A stretch of DNA of 64,000 nucleotides from Eledone cirrhosa (taxonomy: Eukaryota), in assembly GCA_964016885.1 (NCBI GenBank), contig OZ024747.1, positions 74,152,001 to 74,216,000 on the forward strand. Reading direction: 5' to 3'. The translations under genes were made by a program, and so were the position numbers. The notes beneath the pieces were generated by a model. The model did not search any database, had not been told where the DNA came from, and worked only from the letters and a program-made list of their open reading frames with translations. Below, piece after piece: positions 28,072-42,108 of this stretch. Position 1 is the stretch's first letter. Every line of letters starts with the position of its first letter.

Positions 28072-28272
28072 TAACAAATGAATTGTGGTAAGGAACAAGA
28101 TGGACCATAACGCACCAGAGTACTCAATACTTAGGGTAGTAGAGTGGGAAATAGGAAAAAGTATGACCCCGACGGCAGAGCTCAAGCGGTTTCGACGGCT
28201 ATTTCTGGACTGAGTCCAGAAATAGCCGTCGAAACGGCTTGAGCTCTGCCGTCGGGGTCATACTTTTTCCTA
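28072..28272. mobile_element. Fold-back element family A, 121-bp near-perfect palindrome (28152-28272)
   Basis: Centre at 28212; right arm GAAACGGC-ttgagctct-GCCGTC. Confidence 0.9.
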
Positions 28273-28292
28273 TATATATATATATATATGTA

Positions 28293-29006
28293 TGAAAAAA
28301 TGGGGAGAAGAATACTGCAGGTTGCACATGGATAACATGTTATAAAATGAGTCCCTCATCAGTGATTTGCCAACGATCATAGATATTTCATTGCATTAAT
28401 AATCATATACCTCACGTTGGTGCAATAATAACTAAATTAAGTTATTAGGACAATTAAAACGCGTAAAGCGAGTAAGACAAGTAAACAACAAAGAGGAAAG
28501 CTAACCGTAGATAGGAAGGGTACAAGCTACATAGTTATTCTGTCAGCTTAAGCTGGGTGAATATATGAGCGCGTAGAAAAAAGACCTTTCGAGATGAATC
28601 CAAATGTAAGAAAGAAGGAAATTGTATTCGTCGCGAACGGGGTGAAGTGAGAAGGGGGGAAACAGTGAGTGAGTGAGTGGAAGTGTGAGGAAGAGGTCAG
28701 TAGAGAGAAAGTGTTAACTGACATGACAGAGGGGGCGAAAGAAAGTAAGAGAAACAGAGAGAACGAGGGAGCAGTAAGAGAGAGAGAGAGAGAAAAAACA
28801 GAATCGCAGTTTAGGTAAATATATGTGAAAAAATGGGGAGAAGAATACTGCAGGTTGCACATGGATAATATGTTATAAAATGAGTCCCTCATCAGTGATT
28901 TGCCAACGATCATAGATATTTCATTGCATTAAAAATCATATATCTCACGTTGGTGCAATAATAACTAAATTAAGTTATTAGGACAATTAAAACGCGTAAA
29001 GCGAGT
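28293..29006 (-). mobile_element. ~180-bp direct repeats (28293-28473 and 28826-29006) around unique sequence; partial-tandem pLTR-like
   Basis: Near-identical repeats 533 bp apart, flanked by microsatellites; CTGATGA on the minus strand. Confidence 0.65.
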
Positions 29007-29016
29007 GATATATATA

Positions 29017-29140
<124 letters not shown>

Positions 29141-29306
29141 TCTGTGTATGTGCATGTGTGTGCATAAGCAAGTAAGACCGGGAAATATATAAATCTGAAC
29201 GCAGAGTAGTTATTGAAAGTCCCTATACATAAATAATACAACCCCAAGTACAAAGCCAAACAGAAACAAGACGTTTCGTAGATAAGATCATCGAATATAT
29301 ATACAT

Positions 29307-29340
<34 letters not shown>

Positions 29341-29349
29341 GCACACACA

Positions 29350-29396
<47 letters not shown>

Positions 29397-29402
<6 letters not shown>

Positions 29403-29495
29403 GAATAGCTTTCACCGTATTTTTTAAGTAAAAAAATACGGTGAAAGCTATTCTATTTTCTAATTTCAAACCTGCTCACTGTTTCAAAACATATT

Positions 29496-29498
<3 letters not shown>
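29397..29498. mobile_element. Fold-back element family E, also at 55285-55517
   Basis: aaaatagaatagctttcaccgtatttt..aaaatacggtgaaagctattctatttt within (TA)n. Confidence 0.8.
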
Positions 29499-29557
<59 letters not shown>

Positions 29558-30334
29558 CATATATGTATATATTATCAGTAAGCTATTCTGTGGAGTGATT
29601 GGTCAATTTTATTGATGGAGCTGGAGGCTGTGTAATTATTAGGTATCGAAACTGAACCTAAGGGTACAGTGCAAGATGATATGGGGCTATACCAGAGAGT
29701 AAGCAATCGCGACTGAAGGTATTCTCTCGTGAGTTGAAATCCGATAATATGATTCTTATTTTCAAACACTAATATCTTCTTTTTAAATATCTGAAAGATC
29801 ATTAATCATTTACTTTCAAGATTACATACAAACTCTTCTCTGTCTACACACTTCATTTAAAATTATAAAACACGCATATATATATATACGTAAGCTAGCA
29901 CAATGCATAAGCACAGACACACACCTAAGCAATTAAAGTTTCATTTGTTTACTAATTCTCACCATGTTTGCGTGACCTTTAGCCATCTCTATGTCAGACA
30001 TATTGAGAGACCAACGTAAATTGGTTTTGTGATATACAGCTGTATCTATGTCAGCATTTTCAATAAGTAAAATTTTCTTTAAAATTTTATAAAACTAAGT
30101 TTGATACAGATTGCATATATTTATGTATATGTTGTGAGTAGAAGTCTGATCGTTAATGGAATTTCAGAATCTGAAAATCGATTCTAAGAGATGAGATAAG
30201 TGACCAATTATGTAACAACAGCTTCAATGTAAAGAATATTTTAGAGTATTTTCTCTTTCTATATATATATTTCTATATATTTCTCATTCTCTTTCTCAAC
30301 CACGCTCTCGCTTTCTCTATTTCTTTCTCCCTCT

Positions 30335-30393
<59 letters not shown>

Positions 30394-30934
30394 ATATCTC
30401 TCTATCTCTATCTCTCCGATCTCTTTATCCCAAACCGTCTTTCTTATTTCAATGGATCATTCAACCAGAGGATTTAATATTTTCACAGAACAAAATTTGA
30501 CATTTAGAAAAGCAATTTTTGTCTCCAAAGGCGCATTCTTCGCTACTTATCCATCTGTTTTTATGGTCTCACCACATTCACTACTTACTAGATTATCTGT
30601 AAAACTACAACACAACTACATTTCTTTGTAAGATTTTTATTTTATTTTACCTTACTTGGTGACAACACAAACACCCATAAATTATCTTAGAAGAAAGCAG
30701 GAAACATGAAAGTATTTTATGTAAAAGGATACTATATTTTTGTCAAAGGTATTTTTTCAATGTCTGTGGAAGCTTTTAATTATTTTTCACCTTCTTCAAT
30801 AAATGGAATTTAAGCCTTTCCCATAGAAGAGAATCTATAATGCTACACACCTTGCTAAATGATCAATGTTCTATGCAGCAAATTCCTATCATGCATTGCG
30901 GTAACTATTTATCTTCATTATTTGGCAGTATCGG

Positions 30935-31105
30935 TAGAGGGTCGGACGCCATGATTTGCAGCACAGTTACGTCCCTTTACGGACTGAGTTCAAATCCCGC
31001 CGAGGTCAACTTTGCCTTTCATCCTTACGGGGTCGATAAAATAAAGTACCAGTAATGCACTGGGATAATTGCTGGCCTTGTGCCAAAAGTAGAAACAATT
31101 ATTTT
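30935..31105 (+). mobile_element. Cephalopod-type SINE
   Basis: gagttcaaatcccgccgaggtcaactttgcctttcatccttacggggtcgataaaataaagtacc. Confidence 0.85.
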
Positions 31106-31228
31106 ATTTATATTTCTGTGAAATGTGTTTACTTGTCAATTCTGATACAGTAAACTCGACTTTCTTGCACAAAAGCTGTGTTATGTGCACAAGATCACAC
31201 CTTTCATTCTCTTGCAAACACCCACACG

Positions 31229-31318
<90 letters not shown>

Positions 31319-31429
31319 CACTAATGTTACTGTAGAAATGTTTTAGAACTATTCATACACGTTTATCTGTAATTTATTTAAAAGTGACAGTTACAGGATA
31401 AGTTCTGTGACTTTCGTGTTATGCAACTA

Positions 31430-31564
<135 letters not shown>

Positions 31565-32223
31565 TTTGCTTGTGCGAGTGTATGCGTGTTTATTATGTTT
31601 TTTTTTGTTTTGTTTTTCGTGCAATGGCCATACTCGATAACGAGGGGGCAGCCATCGTGTATGCATATATATATATATATAACCATTTTTCACTTTTTTA
31701 TTGTGTTTTTGTTTTGATATGCGCTCTAATTTCCTGCTATTAATTTTATCTCTCACTCTTTTATGTTGTGAAATAGACTGGTTTTTACGCACGCGGCTGC
31801 CACATTTCAGCTCGCTACTATGTCGCTTTATAATGGATAATAGCATTTAAAGTCCGTTAAAGATTGTTGGCACTGCCATTGTTACTATCGCTTTCCTCTA
31901 GCCATGGGACTTGGAGATATGAGCTGAATGCTACCATTCTATTATACATCGATGTAGGACTGCTTTTTCTAGTAACCATCCTTTCACCTCTTAGTAATTT
32001 GTGTGAGAAACGTTGACTGAGAGCTTTTGCCGCGAACTAAAAGATTGGTTTTCTATTCTCCCGTCACCACGTAAAATGTGTAAATCGGTGGCTAGTTGAG
32101 GGACAGAGTTGTATCGGGTTCCAGTTGCTAATTGCTTTACCGTGTCGGTTGTCACAAACAGTCATGACCGGCATGGGCTGGGGTTTGGATTATGTCGATC
32201 GATTGGTTATTGATTAGGCGATA

Positions 32224-32334
32224 CCCGCTGATGAAGCCGCATAAGCCGAGTGTGCATTGTTGCATAATATATGCAGACGGATGGTGCAGTGCAGCTTACT
32301 GCTGCATTAAGTGCGGCCGAAACTCAAGTCCGGG
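32224..32334 (+). ncRNA. Type I hammerhead with extended stem II
   Basis: cccg-CTGATGA-a gccgca..(long insert)..tgcggc c-GAAAC tcaa GTC-cggg. Confidence 0.8.
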
Positions 32335-32523
32335 AACTATTATAGGCACCCATTTTACATGTGTTATATGGAAGCGAATAACTATGTGTATACTCTGGGG
32401 TGTATCTTACATTGCCATTGGGTACGCTGAGATACAACCGGTCCTGGCATTGATAAATATGCTGGATCCGTCAACTCCTTATTATATATACATATATATA
32501 CGTTTGTTTGTGCGTGTGTATGC

Positions 32524-32590
<67 letters not shown>

Positions 32591-32624
32591 GAAGTTGTAG
32601 TTTACTTGAAGCATTCCGTAGTGA

Positions 32625-33219
<595 letters not shown>

Positions 33220-33316
33220 ATACACTCTGTCTAGCTCTACACCTCGACACTGAAGTGAACCTAAACATCGAATGCTCACCCGGGTGAACCTACAGTAACT
33301 CCATGTTACACTCCCT

Positions 33317-33398
<82 letters not shown>

Positions 33399-33743
33399 AT
33401 ATGTATAGATATATATAAATGTCTATATAAATAGTTCAACGACGCTAATCTGGTATAATCTGTATAGATTGAACAATGAAAACCAAAAAATACGACGTTT
33501 AGTGGTTAATTAGTTTATTGTTTTACGATCGTTTCAAATGGGTGAATGAGCCATCATAATATTGCGCCTTATTGCTGAGTTAGTATGGGCAAGTTGTTGA
33601 TTAGTGGTTAGCCCTTTCGGATCTAACATGTTTCGTCATACTCTGGTGTTCCTCTTTGGGCAATTCTGAACCATCGTCGGAGTGATCTTGACACTGGGAA
33701 ACTCATGTACACATATTCCGACCCTACGAGGGATGTCTTGGCA

Positions 33744-33807
33744 GAAGAAGAAGAAGAAGAAGAAGAAGAAGAAGAAGAAGAAGAAGAAGAAGAAGAAGAA
33801 GAAGAAG
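33744..33807. repeat. (GAA)n microsatellite, possibly a retroposon tail
   Basis: Direct observation. Confidence 0.95.
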
Positions 33808-33887
33808 CTATAATCTCGATTATTAGATTTTCAATGCTCCTAAAGGTTTAGAATGATATAAAAGTCTCTTGCTAATACCGTGTGTCC

Positions 33888-34042
<155 letters not shown>

Positions 34043-35486
34043 GCACACGCACACATATATATATATTCATATCATTATGGGTTTGACTGAAAGTATGAAA
34101 GTATGTACTTGGAATTAAATTCATTCGATTTGCGAATATAATTTAAGTAATATGATAACAAATAATGTTGGTGTGATACTTAGAATTTCTCTACGTACTC
34201 GAGATAACAGTTGTAGGTTTTAACTAAGATGTGGTGGGTGAGAGAGATGCTTATTTAGTGGAGAGTAAAGTATAAATTGCTGGAATATTGGTTATAAGGA
34301 GCAATTAGCAAGTCGTTTCTAGTTCTTGGTCAAGAGACTTCTCTACTTGTTATCAATGATTCCTACTGGCCGGTGATTGTTGCCTGTATGAAGGTGGGGA
34401 CAGAGAAGGAAGGAGAGGTAGGGACAAACAGTGAGGAAAGATGAAATTACCAAAGTCACCAGATCGGAAGCGATCAATTTCTGTGGAATCTCATTCACTT
34501 GTGAAAGAAGGACAAAATTGATTGTAAAACCACTTTATAGGCTGGTGTTTTCGTTGTTGTTGGTTTTATTGCTGTTTTTCTATAATAACACAATATGGAC
34601 AGGGTTAGGATGAATTAATATCAGGAGTGTAGCCGATATAAACTATCGGAGCCCAGCAACAGAAATGAATATTTCGACTAGAAATACAAGAGTAGGTTTG
34701 TATATTAACCTCTTCAGAAATGTATTATTGATAACAGAATATTGATATGATAGAATATTTGATGGTTCAAACAGAAAGTTTGTTTATGAATATACACTAT
34801 TTCAAGTGCACCTTTCGGTACCAGTTGCTGTTGAAGATGCGTTTGGGTTTATATGTACTTATATATATAGTCAGTTGTGTGTTTGCCTAGATGTGTGTTT
34901 ACCTATAACTGTAGCTGAGTAGTGAGTAGATATCAAATAAAAGACATGTTCAATGAATGATTGAAACTATAGAAAGTGACGTGGGTAACCCATTAAAATA
35001 TGTGATGTTAAGTAAAAGTGTTTGCTAATATGTTAAACCTTCCAGCACTCAATGTCACTCCCTTTCACTCTCTCCTTCCTATCCTCTCCCTCTCCCTCGT
35101 TCTCTCCTACTTCTCTCTCTTTGATACACACATTCTCTGACTTCCTCTCTCTTAATTTTCTGCTTCCATTCAGCATTCACACGCTTTTCCTATTCCACAG
35201 ATCCTATTGGAAATGTTAGTTTCTTTAAGGAGTTAAATAGATGAAAGCCTATTTAATGATGAAAATATTAAAAAGACAGTATATTCAAATATATCAAAAC
35301 AGAAAATTATATATATTATAGTTTTTCTCATCGTGTAATCCACACAATATTGAATGTCTATTCCTTTATTAATGGTCTTCAAATGAATGCCATGATTTCA
35401 AAACATTTTAGTTTTTCAGTATTATCTTATTCTTTGTCAGGTGATCTGAACTCTCTCTTGCGTTTTAAGTTTAAACACACACACAT

Positions 35487-35572
<86 letters not shown>

Positions 35573-35619
35573 TCAATGACAAAATCGCGAAAACTGTTAC
35601 TTCTTCTTTACTCACCTAT

Positions 35620-35810
35620 TCCTAGGAAGGACGTGAGGGCAGAGTACTCAAACCCTCCTTCCAGGTTGTGCTGTCAGAAGCAACAATCTCCAACTGATTC
35701 GGAATAACGGCAAACAGAGAGAAGAGAGAAAATTCTTGAGTCAGAGTCAGAGATGTTCCGCAAAATCCGCGTTAATATTGCGGTAGACCATCTCCGCTAC
35801 AATAACACCA
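35620..35810 (-). mobile_element. Old RTE LINE 3' relic
   Basis: IPNQLEIVASDSTTWKEGL resembles the RTE C-terminal 'WExxAxDRxxWR' motif. Confidence 0.45.
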
Positions 35811-35998
35811 ATCGAATATGTTCCTTGTTCGTGTTTGCCATAATTCCTTTTATTGATTAACTTATTATACAATTCACACCTGATGATGTCGCCAGGGTCC
35901 TACGTAACCAATCCATTGAAATATTTGCAACAAATATTTGCAACAATGAATCTTTAAATAGATATCACCACTCCACCTTCCTGTTGATTTAATCAAAT

Positions 35999-36128
<130 letters not shown>

Positions 36129-36845
36129 AGTGTGTGTGTGCATGAGTGTAAGTATGTGTATTCATATTCGTCCTTGTGATCTGTGTGTGTATGTGTGTGC
36201 GGATGTCTGAATGTATTCTGTCCACTTAACACGCCATCAAACTTATCTTTTCGCTCTTCTGGATATCGGCTTCTAACGATATTTTATCTTCTATTCAATG
36301 AAAGAGAAACTTTCAAGAAGCCACCATCAGTTCAATTGAGCTGATTGCTAATTTGTTTTCAATACTTTAGGACTGTAGACGCGTTTAAATAACAACAGAA
36401 CAAGCTTAGAAATATACTTTTTGGCAAATCACACAGAATTTCTAAAAAGAAATTCTTTGTCATCGTTTAACACATCAGTGAAATAAAATAATCTATTTCT
36501 AATATTTCTGGGTCGCATGGCTAGACCCTGTGAAAGCAAATTAATCATATATTACACACATGCTTACATACATACACATATATATATAATTGTAATTGTA
36601 TCTATATATAAATAAATATATATATATACGGGGTAACAGATTATTGTTATAAGTAGTCCATTTAAGTGTAGTCCAGTTATGGTACTCTGGGTAGTGGATG
36701 ATATCAACGCTTGGCTAAGTTTGACTCAACAAGGCGTTTCCATAGTGATGTTGCGAGTACGCTGTAATTCCTACGTTGGAGTAATGATAAATCAGGAAAG
36801 AAGAGTGACACGGTTTGCTATACAAAAAAGGTTTTTAATCTCATT

Positions 36846-36951
36846 GCTGACAATTGTTTCTCTGAACTGGTAGGTCTAGAGATCGCTACCCGCTTGTTTT
36901 CACGTTATTCGATCACCAATACAAAGTTGTAACCAGTCAATTCATCGGAGC
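36846..36951 (-). ncRNA. Degenerate hammerhead (U4 to C)
   Basis: gct-CCGATGA-attgactggt...accagttca ga-GAAAC aatt GTC-agc. Confidence 0.55.
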
Positions 36952-37447
36952 TTGTGAGAATGAAAGGAATATACAGGTATGGCTACTATATATAGTAGTA
37001 ATGGCATTCAATCAGAACAATAACAACAATACTAACAATGCTAGCAATAAATTATTTGAAATAATCACAACATCAATCTAGGTGGGAAATATAGTATATC
37101 TACGATTTTAGCGTGTAAAACTAGCTGACATGAGGCAGATGTATAAAATTGACATGTAAAAGCTGTCATGGGGTGTATTATATATAGTGTAAAGATAAGC
37201 CGGTGGCTTTAAACAATGTAGGTCTGGTGGCCGTAAGAATCATTTATTATCTGACAGATGAAAAATTTATCACTGTAGTGAGGATAGTAATATTTGTGGT
37301 ATTAGGTTCAATATTTGTGTGGTCTATATTAGATGAAAGGGTTGTCTAGCTTTCTCATCATCAATAACATACATGTATAAGACAACATTAACAGAGTAGC
37401 AATATAATAGGCAAGTTAATACAGAGGTTAAGGAGGCAATATATATT

Positions 37448-37504
<57 letters not shown>

Positions 37505-38264
37505 AGAAAACATGCTGACTACAATTATAACAGGAGGAAGGTAAAGTTCTGCTGTAGTAGTATTTTGAAATTTTCTTGGATTTAGGATCATTTGTTGAGA
37601 GTCAAGGGTTGAGGAAGATGTGTTGACAGCAGCTGAGAAGAGATATATTTATAGGTTGATAAGGTACTTACAGACATTAGTGTGGTATAGAACTAAGAAG
37701 GCTAGAATGTACTTAATGATTATATTTCTGTGGTGGTTCGTGCAGTATAGTGGGTATCCTAAGTTGAAAGCTAAGTTACGTCGGTTTGATTCACGGAGGC
37801 TTAAATCTTGTGAATTTAGTGGCGATCCTGTGTCTGCAGAAGATTGATCTTTCTAACTTGTTGTTGAGTAGCCTTTTTACATTTCTAAGGATATATATAT
37901 ATTCTAGATCACAGAGCCTACAGTGGGACATACCGGTACTGTAGGTCTTTGCGGCCGACAACCTCGACCAGTTGATACTGTAGTTGGTGTTATTGTCCTT
38001 AAGTTCTCAGATGTTTTTGGTGAGGGTTGTAGAACCCATAAGTGCACGGTTTTTCATCGAGTGTCTGTGCACATACCATCTTTTTTTTAAAGTACCCGCG
38101 GTGGATCCAACGTAATGCCAAGTGGATTTGTCTGAGTTGACCGTACACATGTTCACTAGGCTCGAATCAAGGCATCTATTCGCCAATGGGCATATATATA
38201 TATATATATAAATAAAATAAAATAACAGGAGGCTGGACTGGTATAAATCCTTGAAAGTTTTATT

Positions 38265-38322
38265 ATACTATGATCATTTCAATGACCGGGTTCCATATGA
38301 ATCCGGTGATATCATCAGGTAT
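38265..38322 (-). ncRNA. Type I hammerhead ribozyme motif
   Basis: atac-CTGATGA-tatc accgg..ccggt catt-GAA-ATGATCAT-A-gtat; palindromic stem III. Confidence 0.75.
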
Positions 38323-39469
38323 TGGAATATAACAAAGGAATATGTAAAAAACCATGGGTCCGAAAAATCAGAGACAGAGACAAAGAGGACGACTGACCAA
38401 CTAGCTGCCATTATCTCGGCCAGTCGCCCTCAAAGTGGTGGCAACTGAATCTACTAATGAACATCTGGTGAGGGGCCGAAGGCTTATAATGCACTACCAC
38501 CTCTCCGTCAAAGAAAAAGGGGAAGAAAGAAAGAAAGGGAGAAAGAAGTTAGCGTAAGGGTCACACTACATTCATGCTAGAAAATTCCGCGAAAAAATGC
38601 TACTCCAAAGAATCTATAATGGGTGTCTGTATGGTCTAATGTGTGAACCGAAGATTGGAACGTTAAACTTATGTTGCGAATTATAGGAGGAAATTAAATT
38701 AAATTAAAAATATTAAATTGCAAAATGATAAATTGAAAAATAAGTTATTAGAAAATTAAAGGTTAAGGAAGCGAGATTAATTTAATGAACGGAGAGAGTC
38801 TTATATGAAAAAATGTATCTCGATAAGATATTAGGATGGGATATAGAGTAAAGATTTCGATTGTGAGTCCCAGCCAGCCAGCCCCCCCCCCCCCCCCCAC
38901 CACCACCACCACTACCACCATGAGTCAGCCAGTCTCGAGTGGTATCGTCCAGCGAAAGAAATGGAAATTAATTTTTCCGAGTACTCTAGGAACGTAGCTA
39001 CCTTAGGCCCCGGGAGCGCCAGCGGGAACTCCACAACTTCGACAGGCCATCGTCTATACCAAACGAATATTATTAAATCACACATGAGTGGTTTATTTAC
39101 GTGCCAGTAGAGGCATGATACAGCTAATAGTTATGCCTAAACCTGGAGTTTATAGGTATAAGTATAATATGGTGGCCAAAACAGGCGGCGTGGTGGGACC
39201 GGGGCAAGGCAACTCGCACCGAGTAATTTCGTTTACCGAAAGAGGAGAAATTTATTTTTCCGAGCACTCAAGGAAGGCTGAACTTTCCGAGTGCCCAGCA
39301 CGCAGCCGGGAAAAGCCACCACACAAGTCGAAGGTAGCAACCTAATGAAAAGTGCAAATAGACCAAAATTATTTTAAAGTCCCAGTTAGTCCGGGTTATA
39401 AGTAGTGTGGTTCTTAGGTGGGTAGGGGGCTATGAAGGTGCATAATGACCTGAGTAAGAAAAGTTACAA

Positions 39470-39585
39470 AAAAATAATTGTTTCTACTTTAGGCACAAGG
39501 CCAACAATTACCCATTGCATTACTGGTACTTTATTTTATCGACCCCGTAAGGATGAAAGGCAAAGTCAACCTCGGCGGGATTAAG
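39470..39585 (-). mobile_element. Cephalopod-type SINE fragment
   Basis: Reverse complement of 30990-31105. Confidence 0.85.
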
Positions 39586-39796
39586 CAGGATACGAAGATA
39601 AAATACAAATATAAAGATAGAATACATTTATAAAAAAATACATTAATAAAATAATAAAAAAAATAAAAAAATATACATTAATGAAATATTAAAATAATTA
39701 ATAAAGGTAAATAACTTGGGATGTAGAAAGACGGAAGTATATACGAACGTATCGGAGGGATCACAGTGTAGGGGAAATACAATATAGATTATATAT

Positions 39797-39866
<70 letters not shown>

Positions 39867-40123
39867 CGGCGATGAATTAGTTTTGCGAGGTTTTTGATAT
39901 GAAATCGTGTGTCGAAACAAATATTGTTATACTTGGGAAGGGTCATATTCGTGTAATAATATTAATAACAGAACACACTCACTGTTTGGTTGGTTTTCGC
40001 TTCTGTGTCTTTTATATCGGTTAATTTAATTTAATTTATTCGGTCCTCAATGTTACCATTGTCTGACCAACGATCAAAAACACAGATACAATATAGACAC
40101 AAACACATATATATATATAGTCT

Positions 40124-40165
40124 AACAAAGTTCTTTCGTTGCACATCTGCAACATCGTCAGTGGT
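40124..40165 (-). ncRNA. Minimal type I hammerhead
   Basis: acca-CTGACGA-t gttgca gatg tgcaac-GAAA-g aa c-TT-tgtt; homologous to 8964-9008. Confidence 0.7.
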
Positions 40166-40439
40166 GCTATTATGTTTCCTGCCGTTGTATTGCATGCCTA
40201 CGCCATCTTTATTTAGTCTGTTTATTTATTTTTTTTTGTCTTCTCTGCGCATGCGTTTGCGTGTGTGTATAGTGTTTGATGTGTGTTCGTGTTTGGGTGA
40301 CTGTGTATTGGTTAATGTATTCTATCTTAGTTTACTAGTGTGTGTTTATATGTGTTTGGTGTTATTGTGCTTGTGTATGTATTTATTTATTTATTTATAC
40401 TTCTCTTAGGTCAGTGTTGTTTGTTTGGGTGTTGTTGTT

Positions 40440-40600
40440 ACTCCATTCATTTAATCTGTTTAGCCTTGGCCTTCTAAGTTCTATTTTGCTGGCCTCTCTG
40501 ATTTGCCTATCTGCTGGGTCATTTCTATGTTTATATATTATTCTAATTTCTATGTTGTCTATGTTACCGTCGTGTTGTTGTCTGGCATGTTCGTATAGTA
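40440..40600 (-). pseudogene. Penelope GIY-YIG endonuclease C-terminus
   Basis: LYEHARQQHDGNIDNIEIRIIYKHRNDPADRQIREASKIELRRPRLNRLNEW (H..H, RxxxEA, PxLN motifs). Confidence 0.8.
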
Positions 40601-40927
40601 ATGACACATATAAACAAACACATATAAACACACACCAGTAAACCAAGATAGAACACAACAACCAACACACAGTCACCCAAACACCAACACACATCAAACA
40701 CTACACACACACGCAAACGCATGCGCAAAGAAAACAAAATATATGTGTTTGTGTCTATATTGTATCTGTATTTTTGACCGTTGGTCAGTCAATGGTAACA
40801 TTGAGGACCGAATAAATTAAATTAAATTAACCGATATGAAAGACACAGAAGCGAAAACCAACCAAACAGTGAGTGTGTTCTGTTATTAATTCTGGCAATA
40901 TTATTACACAAATATGACCCTCCCCAA

Positions 40928-40984
<57 letters not shown>

Positions 40985-41153
40985 CATAAACGGAGAAAGC
41001 TAATAGCGATACTCCGGCCAAATTCCAACTCACTCAACAAACATTAGGAAATACCTGAGTATATTCCTAATTTAACGTTCGGGGTGCTAACTAATTGTAT
41101 AGTGTGGAATATGGGTGTATCAATTCATATGAGATATATCAAATATATCTCTT

Positions 41154-41270
41154 CCCAGACGACTCGTTTCATTATAAGATTTCTACAAGTTGGGTGAAAT
41201 TATACCAAATTATGTAGAAGCTTGTATAAGATCAACAGATACATGTGGGCTCTTATAATTCTTCAGTGGG
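41154..41270 (-). ncRNA. Type I hammerhead with extended stem II
   Basis: ccca-CTGAAGA-attataaga..(long insert)..tcttataat-GAAACG agt CGTC-tggg; canonical core and GUC triplet. Confidence 0.88.
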
Positions 41271-41505
41271 TGCCCAATAATATTAATATTGATAACCAAA
41301 TCAACATCAATATTTAGCGATAATCACCATCAGTGCTTGAGGGAGCTGCTAGGTTGTTAGTCCAGCAGTTCTAAAGAAAATCTCATAATGTCTCGAAAAG
41401 GAGACTACCGCCAAAAACAATACATGCGCAGGTCAGTTGAATTCCGATACGAATTCAAGCCACGTGCTTAGAACTCAATTGGATATGAAAAAATAACCAT
41501 ATGTG

Positions 41506-41546
<41 letters not shown>

Positions 41547-41623
41547 TATTATTATATATATATATATGTATATATATAATTGTAATTGCATCTATATATA
41601 AATAAATAAATATATATATATAC

Positions 41624-41680
<57 letters not shown>

Positions 41681-41711
41681 ATTGTAATTGCATCTATATA
41701 TAAATAAATAA

Positions 41712-41790
<79 letters not shown>

Positions 41791-41839
41791 GTATATATAT
41801 ATATATATATGCAGATACATATATTTATACATACATATG

Positions 41840-41902
<63 letters not shown>

Positions 41903-42035
41903 GTACGTTAAATATGTTGACTAATGGGGTACTGCTTATACAACGCACTAATCAGTGAACAATGATGCAATTCGCATTTTCCTTATTCTACATACATATA
42001 TAAATATCTCTCTCTCGCTCTCTCTCTCTCTTCCG

Positions 42036-42108
<73 letters not shown>

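Larger units (their letters stand above)
39866..40930 (-). mobile_element. Penelope 3' fragment with nested inverted pLTR pieces (family B-related)
   Basis: 39927-40110 inverted at 40741-40930; 40245-40358 inverted at ~40613-40728; hammerhead and GIY-YIG tail inside; (TA)n flanks. Confidence 0.85.

Noticed and set aside
27580-28185. 201-aa ORF as a gene
   Set aside because: Chance fusion of a family A element, (TA)n and an RTE fragment.
33515-33690. Hammerhead on the minus strand (gaaacgatcgta)
   Set aside because: No intact core or convincing stem II found; the similar gaaacggtcgta at ~58072 has the same problem.
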